64,000 bases of DNA from Eledone cirrhosa (GCA_964016885.1 OZ024756.1:35464001-35528000), one strand, 5' to 3'. Shown: positions 14,050 to 27,281, numbered from the stretch's first letter. The notes: generated by a model not told the origin, from the sequence alone. Numbers and translations: made by a program.

Positions 14050-14380
14050 AGATATATTTCTTTATTAGCCTCAGGGGCACAAAAGAAGGGAACAAATACA
14101 AAGAGGGAAGTTTACATACAATAAAAACGTGTAAATACTATCACAAATGCAATTTAAAAATTAATCGATTTTCCCCAATAGGGGGAGACATTACATATGG
14201 GTAACACATACCCCCGAAAAAAATGTGCAACCCTCATCTCCAGGAGTACGAAGAGATTGTACCCCTTTCCTCTCCTCCTCTTTTTCCTCAACCTACAGGC
14301 TGATATAGAGAGAAGGCCCATTCACTCGGGCCATTCTCGCCACTTTCACCCACCTTTCATAAAACTTGCTGGGGTACAGC
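14050..14380 (-). mobile_element. probable L1/Tx1-clade LINE 3' end
   Basis: minus-strand YPSKFYERWVKVARMARVNGPSLYISL* followed by a 3' UTR with AATAAA and a simple-repeat tail. Confidence 0.45.
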
Positions 14381-14395
14381 AAGATAGATAGATAT

Positions 14396-14426
<31 letters not shown>

Positions 14427-14447
14427 TATATATATATACATATATAT

Positions 14448-14488
<41 letters not shown>

Positions 14489-14594
14489 ATAAACAAATAG
14501 ACTGACAGACAGAAACATATATATATATAAAGAGAGAGTGGGTGAGTGAGAGAGAGAGAAAGAGAGATTTGGGGCTGGGAACTAATATTACAAT

Positions 14595-15000
14595 TATCCC
14601 AGCCATCCAGAAACGCAGAGTCCTATGGTTTAGCCACATCGTTCACCAATCGGAGACCTCTATGGTCTATTGAGAATTCAAGGAAGATTTTCAAAGGAAC
14701 GAGAGGACTAGTGAATATGGTAAGACAATATCTAGGATACATTTAGGGTCTGGTGAAATTTAACGGTAGATTTCCAAGGGCCAAGAGAATTAGGGAGCTG
14801 ACCAATGGAAAAAGGGTGAGACAATATCCAGGATATATTTAAGGTTTAGCGAGAATTCAAGGGAGATTTCCAAAGGAAGAGAGAAAAAGGGAGCTGGGCA
14901 GTGAATAGATAATAAGACAATATCCTAGAAACATCCATGGTCTAGTGAAATTTAACGGTAGATTCCCAAGGGACGAGAAAAAAAAAGGGGGGCTGACGAA
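14595..15000 (+). mobile_element. degenerate RTE fragment followed by diverged ~60-70-bp tandem copies
   Basis: PAIQKRRVLWFSHIVHQ (RTE 'I.KRRL.WFGH'); repeated AGACAATATC..GGATA and GTGAAATTTAACGGTAGATT..CAAGG. Confidence 0.5.
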
Positions 15001-15356
15001 TGAAAAAACTAGGAGGGTCTAAAACTGATGTTAAACGGTGTGAATCAATGATATAGAATCAATTCCAATGGTGGCAACACATACATAGTACTAGCCATAC
15101 TATGGATATTGATTCAGAAATATGTGTGTGTATATGAGTGTGTGTTTGTGTGTGTGTGTGTGTGAAAACAGAGAACCAGATAGACGCTACTTGCATAGAT
15201 AAACATACATGGGAACGAACATACACTCCCAAAATAGACACCTATTGTCACACGCCCATCTATCCATCCTTACTTACATATATACCCCTTTCTCACCTCT
15301 TTCTCTCTCTCTCTCACTCTCTCTATATATATATATAACATACGTCAAGTCGGGTA

Positions 15357-15421
15357 GTCAAGTATGAAATTTGTAGAAATTTGTTTTCTTTATACAAATT
15401 TCTACAAATTTCATACTTGAC
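15357..15421. repeat. hairpin with ~28-bp perfect arms
   Basis: GTCAAGTATGAAATTTGTAGAAATTTGT versus ACAAATTTCTACAAATTTCATACTTGAC, in a TA-flanked segment. Confidence 0.85.
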
Positions 15422-15543
15422 GACCTTATATATATATATATGATGTTATATATTGTATTGTTTAAACTGTAACAATGGTATATTGTCACTTTTGTTATAC
15501 GTTTTTAATAAAGAACAATATATATATGTGTGTGTGTGTATAC

Positions 15544-15592
<49 letters not shown>

Positions 15593-16108
15593 GTGTGTAT
15601 AACAGCATCTATGAAAAAAAGAAGAACCATTTAACAAAAGCATTCAAAGACTTGAAAGATTTCAAACTGCGAGGTATTGGTGAAGTTATTTCCACAATGA
15701 AGAACAACAAAGAGGAAATCTTTTGAGCTTCCACTGTGGAAATATAGAATCACGTGGTGCAGTGTATTGAGTTCATGTCTATTGGTGTGTTGAATAGAGC
15801 TAATGGAACTGTGACTTAACTGTTTACTGACGGGAGGGCGTGGATAGGACGCACGGGAAATCGTGATCTGATGACACGAAAGCTAGAAATGTATGTATGT
15901 GTGTGTGGATGTATGTCTGTAGATATATATATATATATATATACTTATATATATATACTTACGTATATACGTATACATGTATATGTACGTATGTATATGT
16001 AGGTATATATATATATATATGTATGTACGTATATATAATTTCAGATTAAAAGACAAATACAGAGATACAAAGAGACAAATTAACACCAAATCTTATTAGT
16101 TTCACGTT

Positions 16109-16196
<88 letters not shown>

Positions 16197-16234
16197 AGGA
16201 GGTTATAGTTCACTTGAATCATTGTGTAATGAGG

Positions 16235-16563
16235 TATAAACGTTTGAATATGTGTAATAAGGCCAAAACAATGCAGGTATGGACATAGAAAAAAGAATGC
16301 AATAGTAAAAGAATTCGTCTTTCACCTTGAATTTATTTAAATGTCCTTAATTTTCGAGATAATATCTCTTCTTCGGAGAATGGCTTGGCTAGAGATTTAA
16401 GACGCTGGTTTGAGACCTTTATTTCCCTCCGAAGAAGAGATATTATCTCGAAAATTAAGGACATTTAAATAAATTCAAGGTGAAAGACGAATTCTTTTAC
16501 TATTGCATTCTTTTTTCTATGTCCATACCTGCATTGTTTTGGCCTTATTACACATATTCAAAC

Positions 16564-16570
<7 letters not shown>
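16235..16570. mobile_element. fold-back element, 144-bp apparently perfect inverted arms with 48-nt spacer; HHR-like variant
   Basis: 16235-16378 versus 16427-16570; arm contains CCGAAGAA-GAGA-TATTA-TCTC-GAAA-ATTA-AGG; (TA)n flanks; the element end GGAGGTTATAGTTCACTTGAAT recurs inverted at about 54343-54370. Confidence 0.9.
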
Positions 16571-16615
<45 letters not shown>

Positions 16616-16639
16616 TATATATACACACACACATGCGCG

Positions 16640-16719
<80 letters not shown>

Positions 16720-16835
16720 CATATATACATATATACATATATATATGTGTATATATATGTGTGTGTGTGTGTACATATAAATCTATGGAGAATTTAGCCT
16801 TATCAAGACAGAAGAGGGGCGGCATGATAGAGAGA

Positions 16836-16916
<81 letters not shown>

Positions 16917-17086
16917 ACTGACAAACAGACAGACAGACAGCCAGAGTAAGACAGCAATACATGTAAGAGTAAAGACAGCTGTGGAAATTTCCAGAAATAA
17001 GGAGAAAAGGATCTTTGGAAGATTCAAGATGGAGATGATTCTGATGTCTTATAGGATTGTATATCTCCTTCTGTATCGTCTTACAT

Positions 17087-17725
17087 AGGTGGTGGTGGTG
17101 GTGGTGGTGGTAGTCGTGGTGGTGGTGGTGGTGGTGGTGGTGCTGTTGGTTGTGGTGGTAGTGGTAGTGGTGGTAGTGGTTGTGGTGGTGGTGGTGGTGG
17201 TGGTGGTGGTGGTGGTGGTGGTGGTGGTGGTAGTCGTGGTAGTCGTGGTGGTGGTGGTGGTGGTGGTGGTGGTGGTAGTCGTGGTGGTAGTGGTAGTCGT
17301 GGTAGTGGTGGTGGTTGTGTTGGTGGTGGTGGTGCTGTTGGTTGAGGTGGTAGTAGTGGTAGTAGTGGTGGTGGTGGTGGTGGTGGTGGTGGTGGTGGTG
17401 GTGGTAGTCGTGGTGGTTGTGTTGGTGGTGGTGGTGCTGGTGGTGCTGTTGGTTGTGGTGGTAGTGGTAGTGGTGGTAGTGGTGGTTGTTGTGGTGGTGG
17501 TGATGGTGGAGGTGGCGCTGGTGATGGTGGTGGTGGTGGTGGTGATGGTGGTGGTGATGTTGGTGGTGGTGGTGGTATTAGTTGTAGTGGTGATGGTGGT
17601 GGTATTAGTTGTAGTGGTGGTGTTGATGGTGGTAAATGTTGTTTTTGTGGTGGTGGTGGTGCTGGTGGTGGTGATGGTGGTGGTGGTGGTGGTGGTGGTG
17701 GTGGTGGTGGTGGTGGTGGTGGTAG
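17087..17725. repeat. (GGT)n trinucleotide tract
   Basis: direct reading. Confidence 0.95.
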
Positions 17726-17931
17726 CAGTGTTAGGCTGTCTCATTGGAAGTTGGGACGGTTCCTCAATCGAATTACAGATGGCATTGAATTTGTCATCGA
17801 TATTAACACAGGCACACATACATGTGTATATGTATGTAATGCACATACACACATATATGTGTGTATGTATGTGTATATATATATATATATATATGATTGT
17901 ATGTATGTGTATATATATATATATATGTATG

Positions 17932-17978
<47 letters not shown>

Positions 17979-18104
17979 CGTTTCTGAATTTGTTTAGCAA
18001 GATTCTTTATCTGAAATCGTGTGTTGAAACCGATATTGTTATACTTTGGGAGGGTCATGTTGCCAATAAGAAACACACGCACCATATATATGATTGTATG
18101 TATG

Positions 18105-18148
<44 letters not shown>

Positions 18149-18152
18149 ATTG

Positions 18153-18206
<54 letters not shown>

Positions 18207-18214
18207 ATTGTATG

Positions 18215-18250
<36 letters not shown>

Positions 18251-18370
18251 GAGGTTATATTTAATTTGTTGGGATTCAACAAGCTTATAAACTATCCAGG
18301 AAGCTCCAACCGTTAAGGTTGTCTTTTTTCAGGGTATGTCAATATTTATTTATAAAACTAATCTGTATTG

Positions 18371-18436
18371 TATTTTATCTGATGAAAGCGCACCATAATT
18401 TGCCTTGGTGGCCCTTGAAATATGTATAATAAAATA
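18371..18436 (+). ncRNA. minimal type I hammerhead ribozyme
   Basis: TATTTTAT-CTGATGA-AAGCGCACCA..TGGTGGCCCTT-GAAA-TATGTA-TA^ATAAAATA; 8-bp perfect stem I. Confidence 0.85.
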
Positions 18437-18497
18437 AATATGGTTTTATAAATATAGTTTCCATTTGTTAATATATTATATATATACATTTATATAT

Positions 18498-18550
<53 letters not shown>

Positions 18551-18877
18551 CGAAAAGGAAATGTATTCAAAAGCCCGGGAAAGGTGTTTTTTTTTTGGGG
18601 GGGGGGGGGGGGGGCAGCGGTCGCGCCCATGCATATTGATCTCCCTCTCTCCACGCCATCGATGTTGTTCTCGGGAAAGGCAATGGCCGATACAGCTTGG
18701 CACCAGTGATGTCGCAACTCATTTCTACAGCTGAGTTCATATATACATACATCTATCCACCCTTCCATACATACATAAATACAGACAGACAGACATACAC
18801 ACACGTACAGATACTAAACTTATGCATATGTACATACATATAACTCAAAACATCCACATCCACACATACAATAACAT

Positions 18878-18908
<31 letters not shown>

Positions 18909-19785
18909 CACGCGCGCGCACTCATGCAGACATATCTCTCTAGTTGATGTCGTCTAAATTCCAATGAAAGAGTCTTGTGTCTATGTTAGAAACCGCCTCA
19001 CTCTCTCTATTGGTAAAAATTTATAAAATTATAAAACCAGAAAAACATACATACATACATATATACACACATACATACGTACATGCATACATACGCACAC
19101 ATACACGCTCATACATATATAATATCTTTCTTTATTCGCTCATACATATATATAGACACACATACATACATATATATATATGTGTGTGTGTATTTATACA
19201 CAGGTTTCAATATATCATCAATGGCAAAACAAAAGTATTGTGGTTTCGTTACACATGTACGGATTAGACATTAAACGAAAGGAGGAATTAGTTAAAATAT
19301 GACGATTTGAAAAGCTACAGGAAATATTAATATTTATTTGTTTAATGTATTGGAAACTGATCACAGATCGACTTGTTCACATTCCAATGATATATTTCAT
19401 CGATCATTTGCAACAATTTCCTAATAAATTAATTATTTCTTAGGTTTTCTCGAGGTGCAGTGTGGCTTTAGTTTGTTCAGACGTCCATGTTAGATTGCTC
19501 GGCTGTTTTAACCATTTCCTGTACAAGTCTCAACAAATGATATATTCGTAGTTTACACAGATATGACATTTAAAATATCACTACTATTTGTTTGTTTGTT
19601 TATTTATTTATTTGTTTATTTGTTTATTTATGTATTTAGTTAGTTATTTATTTATTTAATTACTTAATCAATTTCAACGTCTGTGAAAAGCTGGTAAGGC
19701 CTGACCAACCGAGAAAAGTATCTAATAGCGCTTATATTTAAGAAACATAGAGAGAGGGGAAGAAGAGACAGAGAGGGTGGAGGGG

Positions 19786-19825
<40 letters not shown>

Positions 19826-20216
19826 GCGAGTGGAGAGGGAGAAAGAGAGAGAGACAGGGACAGAAAGACAGAGAGAGAGTGGAGAGGGAGAAAGAAAGAG
19901 AGACAGTGAGAGAGAGAGTGGAGAGGGAGAAAGAGAGAGAAACAGAGAGAGAGAGTGGAGAGGGAGAAAGAGAGGGGGAGATAAAGTGGAGAGAGGGAGA
20001 GACAGAGAAAAAGAGAATAAAAAGATAAATAAGCAAAAGGAGAAGAAATGACAAACATGAAACAAAAGCAGATAAATGTTTCTGTTGTGGGATCTATTAG
20101 AAACTTCCATGCATTGAAAGACCTTGTTTATGGTTGCTAGATACTTGACAATATATTGTACCTTTATCTGTCTGTCTGTTTGTCTGTCTGTCTGTAAATA
20201 GAAAGTTATCTATCTG

Positions 20217-20318
<102 letters not shown>

Positions 20319-20516
20319 AATAATGATGGCTGCCCGTTGCAAATGGTGGTGCATATGAAAAAGTGAGTCCTTCATCAGTGACCCTCCAACCGTCCCAGGC
20401 ATTTCATCGCTTTAAGGGCCATATGCCTCAGGTTGGTGCGAACAACGGCTAAAAAAAGTCGTTGGGACACGTAAATAAAGGGGACGTTAGGGTAACAAAC
20501 AAAATGGTTTAAGCAA

Positions 20517-20562
<46 letters not shown>

Positions 20563-20579
20563 TCATAAACATCATTTAA

Positions 20580-20990
20580 TACCATGCTTTGACGCACAGA
20601 GTTACGGCCCTTGCCATTCTGAGTTCAAATCCCGCCGAGGTTAACTTTGCCTTTCATCCTTACGGGGGTCGATAAAATAAAGTACCAGTAATGTACTGGT
20701 TTATTGCTGGCCTTGTGCCAATAGTAGAAACAATTATCATCATTTAACGTCCATCTTCCACGCTAGCATGGGTTAGACGGTTTTGTTCCATTTGATGCAG
20801 GAACGGTCAGGAGACTGTGTCTCGCTCGCACGGAAGTGTCTCAGTGTCTCTGGCGGGTTTTACCACTGGATGCCCTTCCTAACACCAATCACCTTTACAG
20901 TGTGGGCTGGGAGTGTCTCTTTACCGTGACTCCTACACAACCACCTTACAATGTGGGCTGGGAGTCTTTTTGGTGTGACATCGACATAGT
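20580..20990. mobile_element. tRNA-SINE (+, 20580-20735) adjacent to a minus-strand element with an RTE-like 3' tail
   Basis: SINE motifs; CATCATTTAACGTCCATCTTCCACGCTAGCATGGGTTAGACGG tail shared with many copies in the window. Confidence 0.75.
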
Positions 20991-21051
20991 GGACGGAAAT
21001 GGGAGGATGGGGTAGGGTGTGTGGCGTGGGGTGAGGTGGGGATGATGATGG

Positions 21052-21083
<32 letters not shown>

Positions 21084-21399
21084 GTGTTGGTGGTGTTGGT
21101 GATTGCGATGGTGGGGAAGGTGGTGATGATGATGGCGATGATGATGATGATGGTGATGGTGATGTTGATGGTGGTGAGGATGATGATGATGGTGGTGATG
21201 ATGGTGGTGATGATGATGATGATGATGAGGAGGAGGAGGAGGATGGTGCTGGTGGTGCTGATGATGATGATGATGAAACACTGCACAAATTAGTGAAGTT
21301 CAGCCAACGGAGAAAGAATGAGATGTTGTCACCGTAAAGCAGAAAAGTTGTTTCGGTTAGTTGTTAGACGATGTGACTTCAAGTAGGTGATGTGACAAC

Positions 21400-22295
21400 T
21401 ATATAAAGGTAGGTGACTACACAATATATAGGACTATTCAACAGATTCCGTAATATAATTGGCTGGTCTCCCCACAGCCCCGGCGGACAGAATGGAGAAG
21501 GCGTTTCCCCGGAGGACGGCAAGGGAGACGCGCTGGAAAAGCCACTCCAACTCGCGGGACTCACACCTGCGGCTGGCCAGCTCAGCGCCTATGGTGGTGA
21601 GTAGGGAGGTAGCCCTAGGGCCGAGGACACCAGAAGTCTCCACTGTTAGGGGTAGCCAGCTCAGCGTCTATGGTGGTGAGTAGGGAGGTAGCCCTAGGGC
21701 CGAGGACACCAGAAGTCTCCACTGGTAGGGGTAGCCAGCTCAGCGCCTATGGTGGTGAGTAGGGAGGTAGCCCTAGGGCCGAGGACACCAGAAGTCTCCA
21801 CTGGTAGGGGTAGCCAGCTCAGCGCCTATGGTGGTGAGTAGGGAGGTAGCCTTAGGGCCGAGGACACCAGAAGGCTCCACTGGTAGGGGTAGCCAGCTCA
21901 GCGCCTATGGTGGTGAGTAGGGAGGTAGCCCTAGGGCCGAGGACACCAGAAGGCTCCACTGGTAGGGGTAGCCAGCTCAGTGCCTATGGTGGTGAGTAGG
22001 GAGGTAGCCCTAGGGCCGAGGACCCCAGAAGTCTCCACTGGTAGGGGTAGCCAGCTCAGCGCCTATGGTGGTGAGTAGGCAGGTAGCCCTAGGGCCGAGG
22101 ATACCAGAAGTCTCCAACTGGTAGAGGTAGCCAGCTCAGCGCCTATGGTGGTGAGTAGGGAGGTAGCCCTAGGGCCGAGGACACCAGAAGTCTCCACTGC
22201 CAAGGGTACAACCGCAAACCTGTCGGAGAGCGACCGGTATTTGAAGAGTTTGGCCTCCTCAGCCCGACCTGATGCAGCAGAACCTGGGTTAGAAA
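21400..22295 (-). mobile_element. CRE-clade non-LTR retrotransposon 3' end (restriction-like endonuclease domain)
   Basis: RAEEAKLFKYRSLSDRFAVVPLAVETSGVLGPRATSLLTTIGAELASRRCESRELEWLFQRVSLAVLRGNAFSIL; AE..K..KY, P.A.ET.G..G and QR.S.A..RGNA motifs. Confidence 0.85.
21576..22199. repeat. 8 x 79-bp tandem array inside the CRE element
   Basis: unit starts at 21576, 21655, 21734, 21813, 21892, 21971, 22050, 22130. Confidence 0.92.
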
Positions 22296-22587
22296 GTTGG
22301 GGAATTGTCTGGAAGGTGAATGGCTTACTTCAGACAGCATCTCATAGCTGCTAGCTGCAGCCAAACAAACCTCTCACCTTGTAAAAGAACTGTCAAGTTG
22401 TCGTGAGCTTAGAGCTTAGTTTTAGACAACAACTACCACCACCACCACCTCCTCCTTCTCTTGTTCGGTGAGATTTCGGTAAATTGCTTGTGTAGACAAT
22501 GTTTACTGGCTGCCAAGAGAAAGAGCTGGATCATCATCATCATCATCATCATCATCATAATCTTACGTATATATATATATATATATA

Positions 22588-22724
22588 TAAGTTTATCCCG
22601 GGTTCAATCGGGGGTAACCACAGTAAGTAAGGTACTCAATACACAGCAGAGTATAAATATTTAATATAGAAATGGCTTCTAAAGGACTAGAACTGTTTCA
22701 TTCGGGAGAAATCATCAGGAAGCC

Positions 22725-22728
<4 letters not shown>
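22588..22728 (-). mobile_element. TA-flanked short element with HHR-like core (family K)
   Basis: minus strand GGGCTTC-CTGATGA-TTTCTCCCGAAT-GAAA-CAGTTC-TA-GTCC; relatives at 40580-40720 and 42358-42432. Confidence 0.65.
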
Positions 22729-22790
<62 letters not shown>

Positions 22791-22818
22791 ATCAAAAGAT
22801 GGTTAAAGGAGTTCCATG

Positions 22819-22889
22819 TATTTTATTATGCGCATTTCAAAAACAAACATCATCATGCAATAATATTTGTGTTTTCATCAGATAAAACA
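22819..22889 (-). ncRNA. minimal type I hammerhead ribozyme, intact
   Basis: minus strand TGTTTTAT-CTGATGA-AAACACAAATATTATT-GCAT-GATGATGTTTGTTTTT-GAAA-TGCGCA-TA^ATAAAATA; 16-bp stem II with G-U pairs and one mismatch; palindromic UGCGCA. Confidence 0.9.
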
Positions 22890-23010
22890 GGAGAACATGA
22901 TATGAAGGCTAAAAAACTCCTGTGGACAGTGCAGTTTTAAATCAACAAACTGTAGAGTGCTTCTTATCCGATATCTGCATTGCTTTATTGTACTACAATA
23001 AAACTCACCT

Positions 23011-23069
<59 letters not shown>

Positions 23070-23073
<4 letters not shown>

Positions 23074-23355
23074 CCTTATATTAAAAAATTCCTCATTTTA
23101 CGATCGTTTCTAGGATATATATGTGTGTTGGTATGTATATCATATAGATCTATGTAAACATTTTACAAACTATCAGAGGAAATATACATACCTTCACATA
23201 TATATTTCTGAAGACAGCATATATATGTGAAGGTATGTATATTTCCTCTGATAGTTTGTAAAATGTTTACATAGATCTATATGATATACATACCAACACA
23301 CATATATATCCTAGAAACGATTGTAAAATGATGAATTTTTTTAATATAAGGAACT
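23070..23355. mobile_element. fold-back element, ~135-bp arms, containing an HHR with ~100-nt stem II (23203-23330, +)
   Basis: TATTT-CTGAAGA-CAGC-ATATATATGTG..GGTATGTATAT...ATATACATACC..CACATATATAT-CCTA-GAAA-CGATTG-TA^AAATG; the other arm reads CGATCG (perfect palindrome). Confidence 0.85.
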
Positions 23356-23508
23356 TGTTCTTTGTTTTTATTCATTGTTTTTATTAATTTATCTTGACTC
23401 AGTTTTCCTGTGAAAATTTTTGAATGCATCTTCTCTTTTCATGATACTTGGATTACATTGAGTTCTTCATACGGATTGGACACTACCGTATATTTTGGTA
23501 GATTTATC

Positions 23509-23563
<55 letters not shown>

Positions 23564-23799
23564 AGCTCTTTCTCTTATGTGCGTGTGTGAAAGAAAGAAA
23601 GAAAGGACTCATTGGATAATTGAATTCTAATTACTCTATACCAGAATAAAATTATGAGATGTTCACGGTTGGAATGCCTTTGATCATAGGATGCTAAATC
23701 CATAGTTGACTTGAGTAACAACAACAACAACAACAACGATAAGAACCACAATTATACATAATGAACATTTACAGTCTTAAATTTCCATTTCTACTACAG

Positions 23800-23934
23800 A
23801 CTTTGATCGTTCAAGCCAAAAATAGATCCACTCCTCCACCATTACAACCAACAACACCAACAACAACACCTACAACAACAACTGTAGCTATAACAGACAG
23901 CAACACTACACATTTCTATAAAGGATTAATTTGA
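23800..23934 (+). other. possible exon (speculative)
   Basis: pyrimidine-rich TTTCCATTTCTACTACAG acceptor, then open frame TLIVQAKNRSTPPPLQPTT...KGLI* in unique sequence; no recognisable homology. Confidence 0.15.
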
Positions 23935-24349
23935 AAACTAAATTCTAAATTCTAACGCTACTCCACTCACCGATTTAATTTCCTGCTACATTTTTTAGTT
24001 TCATACTTTTGAAACTTGAATATTATAGAAAATATCAGCTGGTTTTTATTTTAGATTTTCCCTTTCGTTATAATGTATCAAAAGAATGGGAAAGAGTTGG
24101 GCTTCCTGGTTCTTCTCCTCCACATCTGGCGACATTTACATTAATTATGTCTCCTTAATGATTTAAAACTGGAGACGAGAAATCAATGTCTTCTTTCTGT
24201 TTTAATTATCGGCAACCGGAAGTTCTGTACTTTATCAACTTGACTATTTTTCCTTTTATCTCCTTCTCAAAATAATAATAACGGCTCTAGACTCAAACCG
24301 CTTTCTCTTTCTCTTTTCTTTCTAAATATAAGTAGGTATACTATATTCG

Positions 24350-24410
<61 letters not shown>

Positions 24411-24432
24411 CATATATCGAATCTAGTTTACC

Positions 24433-24562
<130 letters not shown>

Positions 24563-24877
24563 CGATAGCTAAAGTATGTTAGATACAATATATATATGTG
24601 TATAGCTATTATAAATGTTATCGATCGTACAAGATGATATTTAAATCTAGATAAATGGTGAATAAGGCGTCCGAAATGTTGACTTTTTGCCGCCATGAAT
24701 CGAAATTTTTATTGTCGTCAATCAATAACCAAACAAGCTACCTCATATCCCCTTGTTCCTCCTCCTTCTCCTCCTCCTCTCTCTCTCTCTTTCTCTCTCT
24801 CCCTCTTGTGAAGGATCAATCAGCTACAACCATCCCCTCTCCACTGCAAGGAGGAAACCAACCTGGTTAAATGGAAG

Positions 24878-25505
24878 TGGGTAGCCCTAGGGCCGAGGAC
24901 ACCAGAAGTCTCCATTGCCAAGGGTACAACCGCAAACCTGTCGGAGAGCGACCGGTATTTGAGAAGTTTGGCCTCCTCAGCCCGACGTGGTGCAGCAGAA
25001 CCTGGGTTAGTCGCAGACTGCACCAGGTTGCGACTGGAGAAAGTAGCTGCGACTAATGAATTTGATTATTCTTCCCTTAATGACTCTTTAATTACAATGT
25101 GTGCCTTACCTAAATTCTACCAACCTTTTTAATTCACAGATCATTGCTGTCATGTACATAGCTCAAAAGCAAATTACAAGCCACTCTTTTTATCACTTTT
25201 GGTCACTTCTGATTAATCAGACCCTTGCAGAAAGTAGCTGCGACTAACCCAGGTCGGGCTGAGGAGGCCAAACTCCTCAAATACCGGTCGCTCTCCGACA
25301 GGTTTGCGGTTGTACCCTTGGCAGTGGAGACTTCTGGCGTCCTCGGCCCTATGGCTACCTCCCTACTCACCACCATAGGCGCTGAGCTGGCCAGCCTCAG
25401 GTGTGAGACCCGCAAGTTGGAGTGGCTTTTCCAGCACGTCTCCCTTGCCGTCCTCCGAGGCTGCGGGGAGACAAGCCGATTATATTACGGAATCTGTTGA
25501 ACAGT
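24878..25505. mobile_element. two CRE-clade fragments in inverted orientation (24878-25030 minus; 25225-25505 plus)
   Basis: same RAEEAKLLKYRSLSDRFAVVPLA.ETSGVLGP sequence as at 21400. Confidence 0.85.
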
Positions 25506-26459
25506 CTTAAATACGTTTACTTGAGTAATAAACACATGTGATCGACTATCTGAGTTTACATGGTTAAATTCTCGCATCAAATCTCACACAGAGGGAGCCT
25601 CTGAGTAGAAGCGGAACGATTCATCAGCTTGTTCCAAAATAACTAATGTGTCTGTGATGGTTGTGGTAGTGGTGGTGGTATGTGGTGATGGTAGTATGTG
25701 GTCGTGGTGGTTGTAATAGTATGTTGTGGTGTTGGTGGTGGTGGTGGTAGTGGTGACAGTGTGTGGTGGTGGTGTTGGTTGTGATAGTATGTGGTAGTGG
25801 TCGTGGTATGTGGTGGTAGTATGTGGTGATGGTGGTGATGGTTGTGGTAGTGGTCGTGGTATGTGGTGGTAGTATGTGGTAGTGGTGGTGATGGTAGTGG
25901 TGGTGATGGTAGTGGTGGTTATGATAGTATTTTGTTGTGGTGGTAGTGGTAATGTGGTGATGGTGGTGGTGATAATGGTGGTGATGGTGATGGTAATGGT
26001 GGTGATGGTAATGGTGGTGATGGTGGTGGTGGTGGTGGTTGTGATAGTATGATGTGGTGGTGGTGGTGGTGATGGTGGTGATGGTAGTATGTGGTGGTGT
26101 TGGTGATGATGGTAGTTTGTGGTGATGGTGGTGGTATGTATTGGTGGTAGTGATGGTACTATGTGGTGGTGGTGGTGGTATGTATTGGTGGTAGTGATGG
26201 TACTATGTGGTGGTGGTGGTGGTGGTGGTATGTATTGGTGGTGGTGAAGGTATGTAATGATGTAGGATGTCGATACGGGGGGGCGGGGGTAAAGACAAAA
26301 GAGAGAATGGAGTCACTAATAGTTAGTATTGATTGTCACCGTCAATTAACGGTGGAAAACTATTCTAGGTCATAAAATGTCGGCTGCTTATTTGGAACTG
26401 TGTATATATAATGGTTGTTTGGTAATGCAGTGTGGTTATTAATGCAGTGTTTGTGTGTG

Positions 26460-26503
<44 letters not shown>

Positions 26504-26540
26504 ATTAAATAAATGGAAACTATATTTATAAAACCATATT

Positions 26541-26606
26541 TATTTCATTATATATATTTCAGGGATATCATATTAACAATATGCTATGCCTTCCTCAGAC
26601 AAAATA
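26541..26606 (-). ncRNA. minimal type I hammerhead ribozyme
   Basis: reverse complement of 26711-26776. Confidence 0.85.
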
Positions 26607-26710
26607 CAATATAAACAGTTTTATAGATAAATATATTTGACATACCGTAACAACATCGACTTGTATTTGAAAAGTTGATTTGGCAGTTGATTTGGCAGCT
26701 GTTTATATTG

Positions 26711-26776
26711 TATTTTGTCTGAGGAAGGCATAGCATATTGTTAATATGATATCCCTGAAATATATATAATGAAATA
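26711..26776 (+). ncRNA. minimal type I hammerhead ribozyme
   Basis: TATTTTGT-CTGAGGA-AGGCATAGCATATT-GTT-AATATGATATCCCT-GAAA-TATATA-TA^ATGAAATA; G-U pairs keep stem I closed. Confidence 0.85.
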
Positions 26777-26903
26777 AATATGGTTTTATAAATATAGTTT
26801 CCATTTATTTAATATTGTAAATATACTCCAAATACTTGTCGAGTGCTTTTATATCAGTTATAAATATTTACTAGTTGTAACCCAACAATTTAAATATAAC
26901 TTT

Positions 26904-26979
<76 letters not shown>

Positions 26980-27030
26980 ATATATATTAATTCAAAATAT
27001 TAACAAAAATAGACATTCGTGTGATCAAGA

Positions 27031-27097
27031 TATTTTATTATACATATTTCAGAGGTACTGAGCTATCTTCAACAGTACGTCCTCATCAGATAAAATA
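27031..27097 (-). ncRNA. minimal type I hammerhead ribozyme
   Basis: minus strand TATTTTAT-CTGATGA-GGACGTACTG..CAGTACCTCT-GAAA-TATGTA-TA^ATAAAATA, in TA-flanked element ~26988-27200. Confidence 0.85.
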
Positions 27098-27281
27098 AGA
27101 TGATGCATGACATACCCTGGCAACCAATTTCTGTTGAGTGCTTCCAATCTATTGTAAAACTCATTCTTTGATTTATTCATTGAACCTTGTTTAACCTTTA
27201 AATATATATATATATATATATATAATTATATATTTTATATATATATATATATATATAATGGTTGTTTGATAATATAGAATG

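Larger units (their letters stand above)
26498..26819. mobile_element. fold-back element, 121-bp arms, each carrying a complete HHR
   Basis: 26498-26618 versus 26699-26819; (TA)n flanks; same family as the 18330-18478 element. Confidence 0.9.

Noticed and set aside
15860-15890. CTGATGA-CAC-GAAA as a hammerhead
   Set aside because: No stem II and no stem I pairing
16235-16570. Fold-backs as miRNA precursors or classical MITEs
   Set aside because: Arms are too long and perfect for miRNA, are asymmetric relative to element ends, vary among copies and carry HHR motifs; a MITE origin is not fully excluded
20360-20395. Minus-strand CTGATGAAGGAC as a hammerhead
   Set aside because: No closing stem II or GAAA; at most a truncated remnant
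21576-22199. Regular repeats (also 43965, 60953, 40737) as CRISPR arrays
   Set aside because: No unique spacers, eukaryotic context, units derive from retroelement sequence
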